Source of the DNA: an uncultured Candidatus Peribacteria bacterium
Lineage (GTDB): Bacteria; Patescibacteriota; Gracilibacteria; Peribacterales; Peribacteraceae
DNA: 64,000 nt
Direction of reading: 5' to 3'
Assembly: GCA_964373065.1 (NCBI GenBank)
Contig: CAYJSJ010000002.1
Location: 16,903-80,902 of the forward strand
Shown in pieces: positions 21,066 to 30,690 of the stretch; positions within the stretch are counted from its first letter, which is position 1, and every line of letters starts with the position of its first letter. Under the pieces are notes generated by a model, which was given only the letters and a program-made list of their open reading frames with translations, searched no databases and was not told the DNA's origin. A program made the position numbers and the translations under genes.

Positions 21066-22576
21066 TTCTGACGCATATGTATCGTTTTTACTTCTACGTT
21101 AGCTGGCGGTTTCAACCGCCGGTGAGCAAGGATTCCCGTGAGAATGCCGTAGTACGAAAGGAGCATGCCGGGATGTAGAGCAATATTGACCGATGCCAGA
21201 GGGATTGCCGCTGAAAACTCAGCAACACGTATGATCCATTCCAGACATGCCCATCCGAGGTACGCAACCATCTGCCCGAGGGGAAGAGAGATGTAACTGA
21301 GCAATGTTCCGAAACTGCCGAAGATCATGGCAAGCGGAATGAGCGGTGCAACGAGGAGGTTTGCCACGGGAGCGATGAGTGAAACCCTACCGAAGAGCAT
21401 GGCGACAAGCGGCACAGCAGCGATCTGTGCTGCGACCGTCATCTGCAACGATTCGCGTATGGCAAATGTCTCGGGTACGCGACGAAAGAGGGGGCCAAGC
21501 AGTGGAGAAAGTTCCATGAGCCCAATGACTGCAAGGAAGGAGAGCTGGAATCCCGCGTCGTACCAGAGAATTTTCGGATTCCATACGACCATGAAAAATG
21601 CTGCCCACAGCAGCGAGAGGCGTGCAGTGCCGATGCGATTCATTTGAAGGGCAAGCAGCCCCAGTATTCCCATGATCGCCGCTCGAACCACGGCGGCACC
21701 AGCGCCGACAAAGAGCGTAAAGAGTACTATGGCGCCCACAGCCGGATAGAACCGGATGCGGGGCGGAAGCCAGAAGAGCAGGCTCCCGATAAACACGATG
21801 ACGATGGTGATATTGTAACCCGAGATTGCAACGATGTGCGTGAGTCCCGTTATATTGAAGATCGTCGTCAGATTCTCCGGTATTCCTCTGCGTGTACCGG
21901 TAAGCAGCCCCGCCATAAACGAAGCGTGCGGTTCGGGGAAGAGACGGTTGAGCCGGTGTTCGAAACGGGTTTTGAGAGTATAGAGCGTGGAGATGGGGTT
22001 GGGGATGGGGATAGGGTTGGGGTTAGGGATAGGGATAGGAGTGATGGTGCCCCTATACATGACGGCATAGATGTCGTAGCGGCTTAGGTATCTGTCGTAG
22101 CGGAATGTTTCGATGGCGCTCGGGCGTTCGAGTTTGCCCAGTACCCTCACCGTGTCTCCGTAGAAAAATTCCGGCCACAGCCGGTGGTCTGTGACGAGAA
22201 CCTTTCCAAGGAGTGGTGTGATGGTTGTTCCGGAGCCGTCTACCAGTGACGATACGGCGATCGTATATTTGGTCTGCAGCGGGCGGCGGTCGGGTTCGTC
22301 TGCCACGATTCCTTCGATGGTAACGGTGTTTCCCCGTGCATAAAAATCGACAGTGTTCGGAGTCTCTCTATGCGTAGTGCGCGCGACTGCAACAAAGGCG
22401 GTAAGCATTCCGGCAAGCACCGCCGCAGCTGCAAATTTTTTTCGCATACTAAGCACGGTTGCAAGTCCGCAGAGTCCGATGAGTATCCAAAACGGATAGG
22501 AGCGTTCCTGCCACCACTGCAGGAGGAAGATGCTTATCAAACATGATCCGAGGAAGCTGTACGCGATTATCGCCAT
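21047..22576 (-). CDS. comEC: ComEC/Rec2-family DNA internalisation channel protein (no beta-lactamase domain)
   Basis: 509-aa polytopic ORF with an N-terminal OB-like (DUF4131-type) segment and the competence-domain motif THIVAISGYNI. Contains the PIPIPNPNPIPIPNPI insert. Confidence 0.85.
   Translation of the reverse strand: MAIIAYSFLGSCLISIFLLQWWQERSYPFWILIGLCGLATVLSMRKKFAAAAVLAGMLTAFVAVARTTHRETPNTVDFYARGNTVTIEGIVADEPDRRPLQTKYTIAVSSLVDGSGTTITPLLGKVLVTDHRLWPEFFYGDTVRVLGKLERPSAIETFRYDRYLSRYDIYAVMYRGTITPIPIPNPNPIPIPNPISTLYTLKTRFEHRLNRLFPEPHASFMAGLLTGTRRGIPENLTTIFNITGLTHIVAISGYNITIVIVFIGSLLFWLPPRIRFYPAVGAIVLFTLFVGAGAAVVRAAIMGILGLLALQMNRIGTARLSLLWAAFFMVVWNPKILWYDAGFQLSFLAVIGLMELSPLLGPLFRRVPETFAIRESLQMTVAAQIAAVPLVAMLFGRVSLIAPVANLLVAPLIPLAMIFGSFGTLLSYISLPLGQMVAYLGWACLEWIIRVAEFSAAIPLASVNIALHPGMLLSYYGILTGILAHRRLKPPANVEVKTIHMRQNHHSYR
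21098..21127. repeat. REP-like hairpin element, copy 2
   Basis: gttagctggcggtttcaaccgccggtgagc, closely similar to 11839-11868. It lies inside the extreme 3' end of the comEC ORF. Confidence 0.7.
21995..22039 (+). repeat. G-run hexamer tract (GGGGTT/GGGGAT/AGGGAT) inside comEC
   Basis: ggggttggggatggggatagggttggggttagggatagggatagg. Read on the minus strand it encodes PIPIPNPNPIPIPNP. Confidence 0.9.
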
Positions 22577-23412
22577 GGCATCTCAGCCTGCATCGCTACA
22601 TTTGCTATCGCTATCCACTCGGCGATCGAAAGTGTCTGCGGTCTTCGTTTTTCGTCTATTCCTGCAGAAGAAAGCAGTTCCAAGCCTCCACGGAACGTAG
22701 AGAAACTATTGCGGAGCATTTTTCGTTTCATGGAGAAGGCGATTTTCGTCAGTTTCATGATCTGCCGCAGCGTTGCTGCATCGGCGAGAGGTTTTTCGAA
22801 GCAATTGATGTGAATAACTGCGGAATCCACCTTCGGGGGAGGGAGGAATGCGTTAGACGGTACGTTGATTACTTTTTTGGGTGCGCCAAAGAGTCCGACG
22901 ATGATCGTGAGCATGCTGGTATTTTTTACATCGCAGATCCTGTCCGCCACTTCTCGTTGCATGAGGAGCGTCATACGCTTCGGCGGTGTCTCGGATTCCA
23001 GGAAGACGTGCCTGAGCAGTGGCGACGTGATGTGGTAGGGGATGTTGGCGACAATTGTGTAATTGCCCTTCGGCATGGGGACATGGAGGGCATTCTGATG
23101 GATAGTTTGTAGCTTAGAGCTTGTAGCTGGTAGTTGTGTGCGTACATATTCTTCAAGCAGGGGAATCATGCGTTCATCCAGCTCGATAGCGGTGACTTTG
23201 GAGGCGTGTTTCAGAAGTTCCTTTGTCAGGATGCCGATACCAGGACCGATCTCTACGATGTGATCTTTTGGGTGGATCTGGGCAACTTCAACGATTTTGT
23301 CGAGCACGTGCTGGTCGATCAAAAAGTGTTGCCCAAGGTCGGTATTGAGCCGTACGTGGTGCTCTTTGCAGAAGTGCCGGATTTTTTCGCTGAGGTTCTT
23401 TATCTTCATCAT
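22567..23412 (-). CDS. rsmA: 16S rRNA (adenine1518/1519-N6)-dimethyltransferase
   Basis: 281-aa ORF. LGQHFLID, VEIGPGIGILT and NIPYHITSP motifs. Confidence 0.93.
   Translation of the reverse strand: MMKIKNLSEKIRHFCKEHHVRLNTDLGQHFLIDQHVLDKIVEVAQIHPKDHIVEIGPGIGILTKELLKHASKVTAIELDERMIPLLEEYVRTQLPATSSKLQTIHQNALHVPMPKGNYTIVANIPYHITSPLLRHVFLESETPPKRMTLLMQREVADRICDVKNTSMLTIIVGLFGAPKKVINVPSNAFLPPPKVDSAVIHINCFEKPLADAATLRQIMKLTKIAFSMKRKMLRNSFSTFRGGLELLSSAGIDEKRRPQTLSIAEWIAIANVAMQAEMPWR
23106..23140. repeat. gctaccag/ctacaag word-family tract (7-nt period) inside rsmA
   Basis: tttgtagcttagagcttgtagctggtagttgtgtg. Bases 23118-23133 are the exact reverse complement of 31798-31813. Confidence 0.8.
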
Positions 23413-23598
23413 TGACGATCGATATTCTACCAGTAGAATATGTGCTGTATATGATTGCTCGGATGTTTGTATTCGGCTTCTGGTATCTCCTCTTTACTGC
23501 GGGGAAGGAGCCGTTGCGTCTGAGGTAAAGCACTCTTCAAGCAAATCGCAAGGCACCTTCTCCACGAGGCACCTTTTTTTCTATTTCCCCTTTCTATC

Positions 23599-24612
23599 AT
23601 GGCATTCACGTACATTTCCGACTTACCCGCTTCCAGCAAAATCTCAGAGTTGTATCCCGTTACTCCGGAGCACAAAATTGATGAACGCCGAGCTCAGATT
23701 TGCAGTATTCTGAGTGGCAATGATGAACGATTACTGCTTATCACTGGCTTATGTTCAGCCTTCCCCTTCGATACTGTTTTGCAGTATGCAGACCAGCTTT
23801 CGCGGTTACAGGAAGAAGTGGGCAAAAAATTGTGTATAGTATTACGTACATTCATTCAGAAGCCGCGAACGACCGTGGGTTGGCCTGGGCCGCTCAATCA
23901 ACCCGATCCTCTTTGTGCACCGGATATTGTGAAAGGGATCCACAGTTGCCGCGCGATGATGCATGTTGTCGGTAAACAACTGCCTCTCGCCGATGAAATG
24001 CTTTTCACGCATAACGAGGATTATTTTGGGGCTCTCCTCAGCTTCACAACTCTTGGTGCGCGTAGTGCGGAAGATATGGAGCATCGATATATTGCTTCAG
24101 GAATAGATATGGCAGTGGGAGTAAAAAATCCTACCAGCGGTGATATTGAAGTAGGGGTGAACGGTGTTGAAGCAGTGCAAGCTCCCCATGAATTTGCACA
24201 TCATGGACAGCACGTGCGTTCCAGTGGCAATTCCTATGCGCATCTTATTCTTCGTGGGGGTAAAAAAGATTCCAATTATGGTCCACGATCCATAGCAGAA
24301 GCTCATACATTGTTACATGAAAGAAAAGTGCGGAACCCGTCTATTCTTGTTGATGCAAGCCATGATAATTCTCGTCATGGTTTCGTAAAGGATCCGCTGC
24401 TTCAGGAACATGTAATAAGGGATGTTCTCTTTGGGATTACTTCGCGTCGAGAGGAGTATTCCTTTGTTAGAGGTTTTATGATGGAGAGCAATATGAAGGG
24501 GGGATCTCAAAAAATCAGCCCAACGATGGATCCTCATATCTCCATTACTGATCCGTGCCTAAGTTGGCAGGATACTGAGCGGATTATCCGTAATATCGCC
24601 GATCAGTTATAG
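23599..24612 (+). CDS. 3-deoxy-7-phosphoheptulonate (DAHP) synthase, class I
   Basis: 337-aa ORF. IQKPRTTVGWPGPLNQPDP (the KPRT..GW.G signature) and LVDASHDNS. Confidence 0.88.
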   Translation: MAFTYISDLPASSKISELYPVTPEHKIDERRAQICSILSGNDERLLLITGLCSAFPFDTVLQYADQLSRLQEEVGKKLCIVLRTFIQKPRTTVGWPGPLNQPDPLCAPDIVKGIHSCRAMMHVVGKQLPLADEMLFTHNEDYFGALLSFTTLGARSAEDMEHRYIASGIDMAVGVKNPTSGDIEVGVNGVEAVQAPHEFAHHGQHVRSSGNSYAHLILRGGKKDSNYGPRSIAEAHTLLHERKVRNPSILVDASHDNSRHGFVKDPLLQEHVIRDVLFGITSRREEYSFVRGFMMESNMKGGSQKISPTMDPHISITDPCLSWQDTERIIRNIADQL

Positions 24613-24666
24613 TTTTCTTGCAAAAATAATGAACAAGAAGCAGCCCCTTGGTTAGTATCACTTGCT

Positions 24667-25203
24667 ATGCGGTTTCTCTTCATCACATTCCTATGGCTTA
24701 GCATCGCGCAGCCCGTCCTAGCATATCCGGAGCAACCGCCGTTTGCCCAGACGTCCTTTGCAGAAGATTACGGCATCTTCCGCTGGTACCAGGGGTGCTG
24801 GTGGCGTGTGATCAATCGCTCTGATTACTACTTGTGTCGGCAGGGCGACCAGGAGCTTCTTCTCCTTCCGGATGGAAGTATTATTCCAAAGCCTTCGCTT
24901 GCAGGTGAAGGAGCGCCGAACACATTTATCGGTGGAAGTGATGGGGACAGCGGTGGCAATGGCAGTGGCGGAAGTAACGGAAGCGGTGGCAATGGCAGTG
25001 GCGGAAGTAACGGAAGCGGTGGCAATGGCAGTGGCGGAAGTAACGGAAGCGGCGGAAGTGAAACCTTGCAGGAGGAAGATATTCTGAGCAGGCGGCCATC
25101 GGGCAGTTGTAAGAGCATCAATGATGGTAAAGACGGCGGTATCTTCGGGTCGATTCCCTGCACATCGTATCCGGGAGTTTTTGGCCCTGTTCCACGGTAT
25201 TGA
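24667..25203 (+). CDS. Secreted protein with a Gly/Ser/Asn-rich repeat
   Basis: Signal-like N-terminus MRFLFITFLWLSIAQPVLA. The central (GGNGSGGSNGS)x3 is encoded by 33-bp tandem repeats. Confidence 0.6.
   Translation: MRFLFITFLWLSIAQPVLAYPEQPPFAQTSFAEDYGIFRWYQGCWWRVINRSDYYLCRQGDQELLLLPDGSIIPKPSLAGEGAPNTFIGGSDGDSGGNGSGGSNGSGGNGSGGSNGSGGNGSGGSNGSGGSETLQEEDILSRRPSGSCKSINDGKDGGIFGSIPCTSYPGVFGPVPRY
24955..25053 (+). repeat. Three tandem 33-bp repeats
   Basis: ggcaatggcagtggcggaagtaacggaagcggt occurs three times, identical except for the last base of unit 3. Confidence 0.9.
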
Positions 25204-25295
25204 TTCAATACTAGTCGCATGGTGCCCTACATCCGGCATGCAATAATTTCTCCTTACTTGTAAGGGCTTGGCTGCAATTCAGATATAATCGAACT

Positions 25296-26969
25296 ATGCG
25301 AATGAGAATCGTCATCATCGGCACACTTTTGAGTGTTCCGTTCTCTGCGATGGCGTTTACGTATGATACGTCGAACCTTCCGTACAATGATGTACCCGCT
25401 CATAGAGCTACGGCCATTGCGGTGAGTACCCTCACGGAGCTGGGGATCGTTCGCGGTAATCCCGACGGGACGTTTAAACCAGGTGTCCCCCTGAACCGCG
25501 CAGAGTTCATAAAGATCGCGATGGGGCTCCTGCCCCAAGACGATACGTTCCGGGTAACCCGCTGTTTTCCGGATATTGATCCGGCGCTTTGGTTTGCCCT
25601 TGCGGTGTGTCGGGCAAAGTCTCTCGGTATTGTGAGCGGGAATGCACTGCCGGATGTTTCGCCGGATTTGTGGCCTTTTGAGCCGACGCGATCTGTGAAG
25701 TATGAAGAAGCGCTCAAGATCCTCACCGGAATTTACGGTGTGCCGCTTGCGCAGGGATCCGGAGGGGAGTGGTACGAGAAGTACGTGCGGTCTGCAAATA
25801 GTCTTGATCTCTCCCTCGGAGACTCCACTCCGGGCAGCGCCCTCACGCGCGGGCAGATGGCCCGCCTTACGGTTGCGTTTATCGCGCATTCTCGCGGGGA
25901 ACTGGACGCTCTCCGCTTCGCGGAATCACATCCTCCCATCCCCGTACGCACGGTGTTTGATGCTTCATCCTCGTCTTCAGAGGCGTTCTCTTCCCTATCT
26001 TCTGCAGCATCTTCCATTGAATCCGCTTCGGAGTACGACCCGCTTCTCAGTGACACATCCACCAACGATTCCGTTCTCGTCCTCGGCACAGTCACGCGCA
26101 TTCTTGGCTCTGCGAAGCTGTTTTCCAATAACGAACCCATCCGTATTCAGTCCTTTATCATCGATCTTGTTGCCGGGAATACATCACTCTCTTCTTTAAA
26201 GGTGTATGACCATGATGGAAAGTTCCTCGGTACTGCCTCCGTGGATACCGCTACTCCCGGTGGAACGCGATTCCGTCTGCGCGTGAAGACGGATGGCATC
26301 GTGCTGCCGCATCGGCAAACATATTCCTTTTACGTTCGAGGCGTTCTTCGCCCAGAGGATACAGGGGGAACGAGCGGCGGCTCGCTCCAGGTCGATCGCA
26401 TGGGCATAGAAGGCGTTGGTGCGTGGAGTACGCGGAATTACGAACAGTTTACGCAGGGAGAATCGTTTGCGCAGTCTACCGTTGCGCGTTCGGCGATCAC
26501 TTCCATTACGAATGCCGGCGAGAGCAGAGCATTTCTCACGGAGGGAACGGATCTGGAAATCGGAGCGTTTCGGTTTGAAGGAGTCGTCGGCCACAGCGCG
26601 GCACGGCTCCAGATCACAGCCATCGACTTTACAGCCGGTCTTGTGAGTGCCATCACCTTGAGCAATATTTCCATAAAGGTCGACGGAGGAAACGAGCGTC
26701 ATGCCTGTTCTATCGCAGGGAATACCATCACCTGCAGCGGCCTTCCGGCAAGCTTTGGCAGGTTGGAGGACGGCCCGAGAGTGCTACGGGTCTTTGCGAA
26801 TATCAATGTCCCGGACACGACGGGTAGTGCTGCCGTACAGCTTTCCATCAATGATCCGGGGACCATCAGTTCTCCCGGGGACATTACGTGGACAGACGGC
26901 GTGACGACGTTTACGTGGGTTGACATCGACTATGCACCGCTTGCGCGGGGAACGTATTATTCGTACTAG
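25296..26969 (+). CDS. Secreted S-layer-homology (SLH) domain protein
   Basis: Signal peptide. Repeated SLH-like segments (VRGNPDGTFKPGVPLNRAEFIKIA; FPDIDPALWFALAV..LGIVSG; SVKYEEALKIL). Ser-rich linker and a beta-rich C-terminal part. Confidence 0.7.
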   Translation: MRMRIVIIGTLLSVPFSAMAFTYDTSNLPYNDVPAHRATAIAVSTLTELGIVRGNPDGTFKPGVPLNRAEFIKIAMGLLPQDDTFRVTRCFPDIDPALWFALAVCRAKSLGIVSGNALPDVSPDLWPFEPTRSVKYEEALKILTGIYGVPLAQGSGGEWYEKYVRSANSLDLSLGDSTPGSALTRGQMARLTVAFIAHSRGELDALRFAESHPPIPVRTVFDASSSSSEAFSSLSSAASSIESASEYDPLLSDTSTNDSVLVLGTVTRILGSAKLFSNNEPIRIQSFIIDLVAGNTSLSSLKVYDHDGKFLGTASVDTATPGGTRFRLRVKTDGIVLPHRQTYSFYVRGVLRPEDTGGTSGGSLQVDRMGIEGVGAWSTRNYEQFTQGESFAQSTVARSAITSITNAGESRAFLTEGTDLEIGAFRFEGVVGHSAARLQITAIDFTAGLVSAITLSNISIKVDGGNERHACSIAGNTITCSGLPASFGRLEDGPRVLRVFANINVPDTTGSAAVQLSINDPGTISSPGDITWTDGVTTFTWVDIDYAPLARGTYYSY

Positions 26970-27000
26970 CTGGTAGCTTTGTCTCTTGTCTCTTGTAGTT
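26969..27000. repeat. gctaccag/ctacaag word-family tract (7-nt period)
   Basis: gctggtagctttgtctcttgtctcttgtagtt. Bases 26969-26989 are the exact reverse complement of 31814-31834. Confidence 0.85.
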
Positions 27001-27021
27001 TTTCGTGAAGTCGTCTCACAA

Positions 27022-29298
27022 CTACAAAAGTTTCAGTGGTGCGATGCTCAGTGCCAACGTCTTTGTCTGTCCGCTGTCAAACTGCACTTCTGCGATGTCG
27101 CCGCGGACGGAGCGAACGGTTCCTTCGCCAAACAGAGTGTGCAGCACGCGTTGCCCCACGGTGATTTCTTTGTCTTGATTAAAGTTATCGCTTTGGAAGT
27201 CGATATCCTGATTAAATTCAGCCTTCAAACCATGAGATTCGCGGAGGGTTTCGGCCTCCGTTCCGAGTGCTGCTTCGCCGCGTTTACTTGCCCAAGCAAA
27301 TGCGCTCAGGACTTCGTCGCTTCTGCGTTCGGTGACGCTTTCGGGCAGGTCTTCGAGGAATCTGCTCGGGGCGTTTGCCTGCGATTTTCCCCAAAGGAGG
27401 CGCGAACGCGTGCAGAGAAGACGCAAATGGTGTTTTGCGCGCGTCATGCCGACATACAGAAGCCGCCGTTCTTCCTCCAGTTGCTCTTTATCGAAGAGGG
27501 AATTGCTGTGTGGAAAGATGCCTTCTTCGCACCCCGCAATCATGACGTGCTCGAATTCCAGCCCTTTGCAGAGGTGCAACGTCATGAGCGTGAGAGCATC
27601 GGTTCCCGTGTTTTGGAGCTTATCCACTTCCGATACCAGTGCAACTTCTTCCAGGAAGCTCATGAGGCTGGATTCCGGGTCAAGCGTGTCGTATTTGCGC
27701 ATGACGGAGAGAAGTTCCCGGACGTTTTCCCAGCGAGTTTCTCCTTCCTCCGTATCGTCTTTCAGCCAGTGTTCCAGATCAATCGCATGGAGAAGGTGTT
27801 GCGTGAGCTCGCCGACGACTGCGTGTTTTGCTTGTTCTCGAAAACGCATGATGAGTTCCGTGAAGCGGGAGACTCTTTCCTTTGTCTGTACACTCATGTC
27901 GCCGATATGGTCGATGTTGCAAAGCGCGTCCCAGAGCGGCATGCCGTTTCCGGATGCGAAGGCTTGGATCTTTCCAAGTGTCGTAAGTCCTATTTTGCGC
28001 GAAGGAACGTTCATAATCCTCAGCAGTGACACCGTATCGTACGGATTTAAGATCACGTGCAGATACGCCAGAACGTCTTTCACTTCCCTGCGCGCATAAA
28101 ACTTCACGCCGCCGACGATGCGGTAGGGGATACCGAAACGAAGGCATGCTTCTTCGAAGAGACGCGACTGCGCGTTTGTACGGTAGAGGATCACCTGATC
28201 CCGGAGCTTTACTGCTTTTCTCCTGAATAGTTCATCTGCCGCTTTGATCGCCTCGAGTGCTTCTTTCTTTTCATCTGCAAGTTCATGGACGATGATCTTC
28301 GGACCATCCTTCGTTTCCGTCCACATCTTTTTCTCCGGCCTGTCGGGGTTTGCGGCAATGATCCCGTCCGCAGCGTCCAGTATCGGTTGCGTGCTCCGGT
28401 AATTCTGTTCGAGTTTGATGCGGGTTGCATCCGGATATTCTTTTTCAAATTCCAAAATATTGCGAATGTCCGCACCGCGAAATGCGTAGATCGACTGATC
28501 GGGATCTCCGATTACGCAGAGGTTTCTGTGCTTTCCCGCAAGTAAGGAAATAAAGAGGTACTGCGCGTGGTTGGTGTCTTGGTACTCATCCACATGCAGG
28601 TATTGCCAGGTGTTTCTGTAGCGATCGAGGACGTCGGGGACTTCCTTAAATATGCGAACGGTTTCCAGAATCAAATCGTCGAAGTCGAGAGCGTTGGCTG
28701 CAAAGAGTGCTTTCTGGTAACGGTGGTACGCTTCTATGATCCGGTGCATGCGCGAAGTAGTCGCTTGCTTCTGGGCATCGCGTGGAGAGAGCGCTTCACA
28801 CTTGAACCTGCCGACGTAGCCGAGGGCTGCTTTCGCTTTGAGTTCCTTGTCGTCGATCCCCATTTCTCTCAGTACTTCCTTCATCAGCCGCTCTTGATCG
28901 TCTTTGTCGTAGATGACAAACGTACGCTCGCGTCCGATCTTCTCGATGTCTCGCCGCAAGATCCGCGCGCAGATGCTGTGGAACGTTCCCATCACCGGCA
29001 ATTTCCCTGCGTTCAAGTTCCACAGTCCCAGTGCTTCGCCTTCGGTGATATGGAGAAGATTTTCGATCCGTTCCTTCATTTCGGTCGCCGCTTTATTGGT
29101 AAAGGTCACCGCGAGGATCTGCCAAGGCGGCACCCCGTCATGGATCAGCTTGGCGATGCGGTGCATCAGGGCGCGGGTCTTTCCGCTCCCTGCTCCTGCG
29201 AGAATGAGGAGAGGCCCTTTCGTATGGAGCACCGCACGTTTCTGCGGTTCGTTGAGGTGGCCGAGGATGATTTCTTCGGCGGTCTGCACAGAGGACAT
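27022..29298 (-). CDS. pcrA: ATP-dependent DNA helicase PcrA/UvrD (SF1)
   Basis: 758-aa ORF. AGAGSGKT, TFTNKAA, VDEYQDTN, and a C-terminal Tudor-like tail VGQRVLHTLFGEGTV. Confidence 0.94.
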   Translation of the reverse strand: MSSVQTAEEIILGHLNEPQKRAVLHTKGPLLILAGAGSGKTRALMHRIAKLIHDGVPPWQILAVTFTNKAATEMKERIENLLHITEGEALGLWNLNAGKLPVMGTFHSICARILRRDIEKIGRERTFVIYDKDDQERLMKEVLREMGIDDKELKAKAALGYVGRFKCEALSPRDAQKQATTSRMHRIIEAYHRYQKALFAANALDFDDLILETVRIFKEVPDVLDRYRNTWQYLHVDEYQDTNHAQYLFISLLAGKHRNLCVIGDPDQSIYAFRGADIRNILEFEKEYPDATRIKLEQNYRSTQPILDAADGIIAANPDRPEKKMWTETKDGPKIIVHELADEKKEALEAIKAADELFRRKAVKLRDQVILYRTNAQSRLFEEACLRFGIPYRIVGGVKFYARREVKDVLAYLHVILNPYDTVSLLRIMNVPSRKIGLTTLGKIQAFASGNGMPLWDALCNIDHIGDMSVQTKERVSRFTELIMRFREQAKHAVVGELTQHLLHAIDLEHWLKDDTEEGETRWENVRELLSVMRKYDTLDPESSLMSFLEEVALVSEVDKLQNTGTDALTLMTLHLCKGLEFEHVMIAGCEEGIFPHSNSLFDKEQLEEERRLLYVGMTRAKHHLRLLCTRSRLLWGKSQANAPSRFLEDLPESVTERRSDEVLSAFAWASKRGEAALGTEAETLRESHGLKAEFNQDIDFQSDNFNQDKEITVGQRVLHTLFGEGTVRSVRGDIAEVQFDSGQTKTLALSIAPLKLL

Positions 29299-29317
29299 TG
29301 TAGGGAACGCGTTCCTA

Positions 29318-30481
29318 TTATCCGAGTTTTTTCACGTCTTCCTTCGAGAGCTTCGCTTGGGGTTCGGTGAGCGCCATCAGTTTCTGATGCACGGCCTCAG
29401 GATCGGCGGCAAGCTGTTTCACATCCGCGGTATTAAAATTTAAATTTCGCATCTTCTGCCTCTTGATGATCATTTCCTGCAGGAGTTTCGAGTCTTTGCC
29501 GCGGAGTTTGCTTAATGTTTCCACGCCATGTTGGAGTAGGTGATAGTCAACCGCATTTCTGGTGGAGATGTGAAAATCGAAGTGCGCAAGCATATCGACA
29601 ATATTCTCACGTTCCTGCGGGTCCATTTCCTGTGCGAACTCATACTGTTCGATTTTTTTGAGACTGGCGAGAATCGGCTCAAGGGATTCCGGCGAGACAA
29701 TATAGAACGTAAATCCTTCTTCATAAAATGCGGTTTGTTTTAGCTCTAGTACGGCATCCGTTGGAACCACGAGGAAGATGGTGGAATAAATGTCTTCGTT
29801 GCCTTTCACTTTCTTTGCCGTTTTCTTCACGGCGTCTTTCAGGTAATTCTGCAGGTCCTGTGATCGCGAGACCTTTGCGTCAAAAATGATGTATTGGTTT
29901 AAAAATCCGATCATGAAATCCGGTTTCAGATTTCCGTGGAATCCTTCGGGAAGATTGGCATTGTCATACGTATCGAAACCGAATTGCGGCTTTTTGCAAA
30001 GTTCTCCGAGCAATGCAATCACGCTCTGCTCATGGTCGTTCCACATGCGATCACGTTCTGCGAGTTCGCGTGTTTTATACTCTTCATCTTCCCGTCGAAT
30101 CCGGAGCTTCTCGTCTTCGAGTGTCTTTCGAGCGGCTTCCTGCTGGGCGATCATGTCTTCGTGCTTCTTTTGCCTGCGGTCTTCTTCTGCTTCGTACTTC
30201 GCTATGCGATTCGCAAGCCCGTCACGCTCCTTCGTTGTTGATTTGTATTCAGACTCAAGACTTTTGTAGCGATCGTACAATTCCTTTCCTTGGCCAGAGA
30301 GCTTATCTTTTTCCGATTTCATCTCACTGAAACGATTGTTGATTTCACCAATCTCCTGGTTCTTTTTTTCCAGCTCCGCCTTGAGGTAGGGATCGCCGTC
30401 CTTCGCAGTGGCGTACATCTTCCATGCGATGAACCCGATGCCAATCAGAATGATTCCGGAGAGAATGGTGAGGATTGTCAT
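29318..30481 (-). CDS. rmuC: DNA recombination protein RmuC
   Basis: 387-aa ORF with an N-terminal TM, a long coiled coil, and a C-terminal nuclease-like core (KPDFMIGFLNQYIIFDAKVS). Confidence 0.8.
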   Translation of the reverse strand: MTILTILSGIILIGIGFIAWKMYATAKDGDPYLKAELEKKNQEIGEINNRFSEMKSEKDKLSGQGKELYDRYKSLESEYKSTTKERDGLANRIAKYEAEEDRRQKKHEDMIAQQEAARKTLEDEKLRIRREDEEYKTRELAERDRMWNDHEQSVIALLGELCKKPQFGFDTYDNANLPEGFHGNLKPDFMIGFLNQYIIFDAKVSRSQDLQNYLKDAVKKTAKKVKGNEDIYSTIFLVVPTDAVLELKQTAFYEEGFTFYIVSPESLEPILASLKKIEQYEFAQEMDPQERENIVDMLAHFDFHISTRNAVDYHLLQHGVETLSKLRGKDSKLLQEMIIKRQKMRNLNFNTADVKQLAADPEAVHQKLMALTEPQAKLSKEDVKKLG

Positions 30482-30488
30482 GGACGTC

Positions 30489-30517
30489 AGTGTACCATCC
30501 GGTGTACATATGTCTAC
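30489..30517 (-). promoter_or_regulatory. Putative promoter with a candidate LexA operator upstream of rmuC-pcrA
   Basis: On the minus strand: TAGACA (30516-30511), a 16-nt spacer, then TACACT (30494-30489), and 7 nt on, the ATG (30481). GGTGTACATATGT (30501-30513) is identical to 40857-40869. Confidence 0.5.
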
Positions 30518-30690
30518 CCCTCATTCCCATCAGGAAGCCATTTATGCCCTTCATCCGCATCTTCCTGCAGAAATACTTGCATTCGGTGTTCGTTTTACTA
30601 TACTCGTTCCTGTCCTCGCTGGACGGGTGCCATAAAGCCCCCTCCGGCGTGGCGTGAAACTTTTTTGTTCTGTATTTTCTCCTTTGCTCT

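Noticed and set aside
26986-29370. Plus-strand ORFs of 347 aa and 267 aa antisense to pcrA/uvrD
   Set aside because: They overlap a helicase gene with all SF1 motifs and have low-complexity, Arg/Phe-rich sequence.
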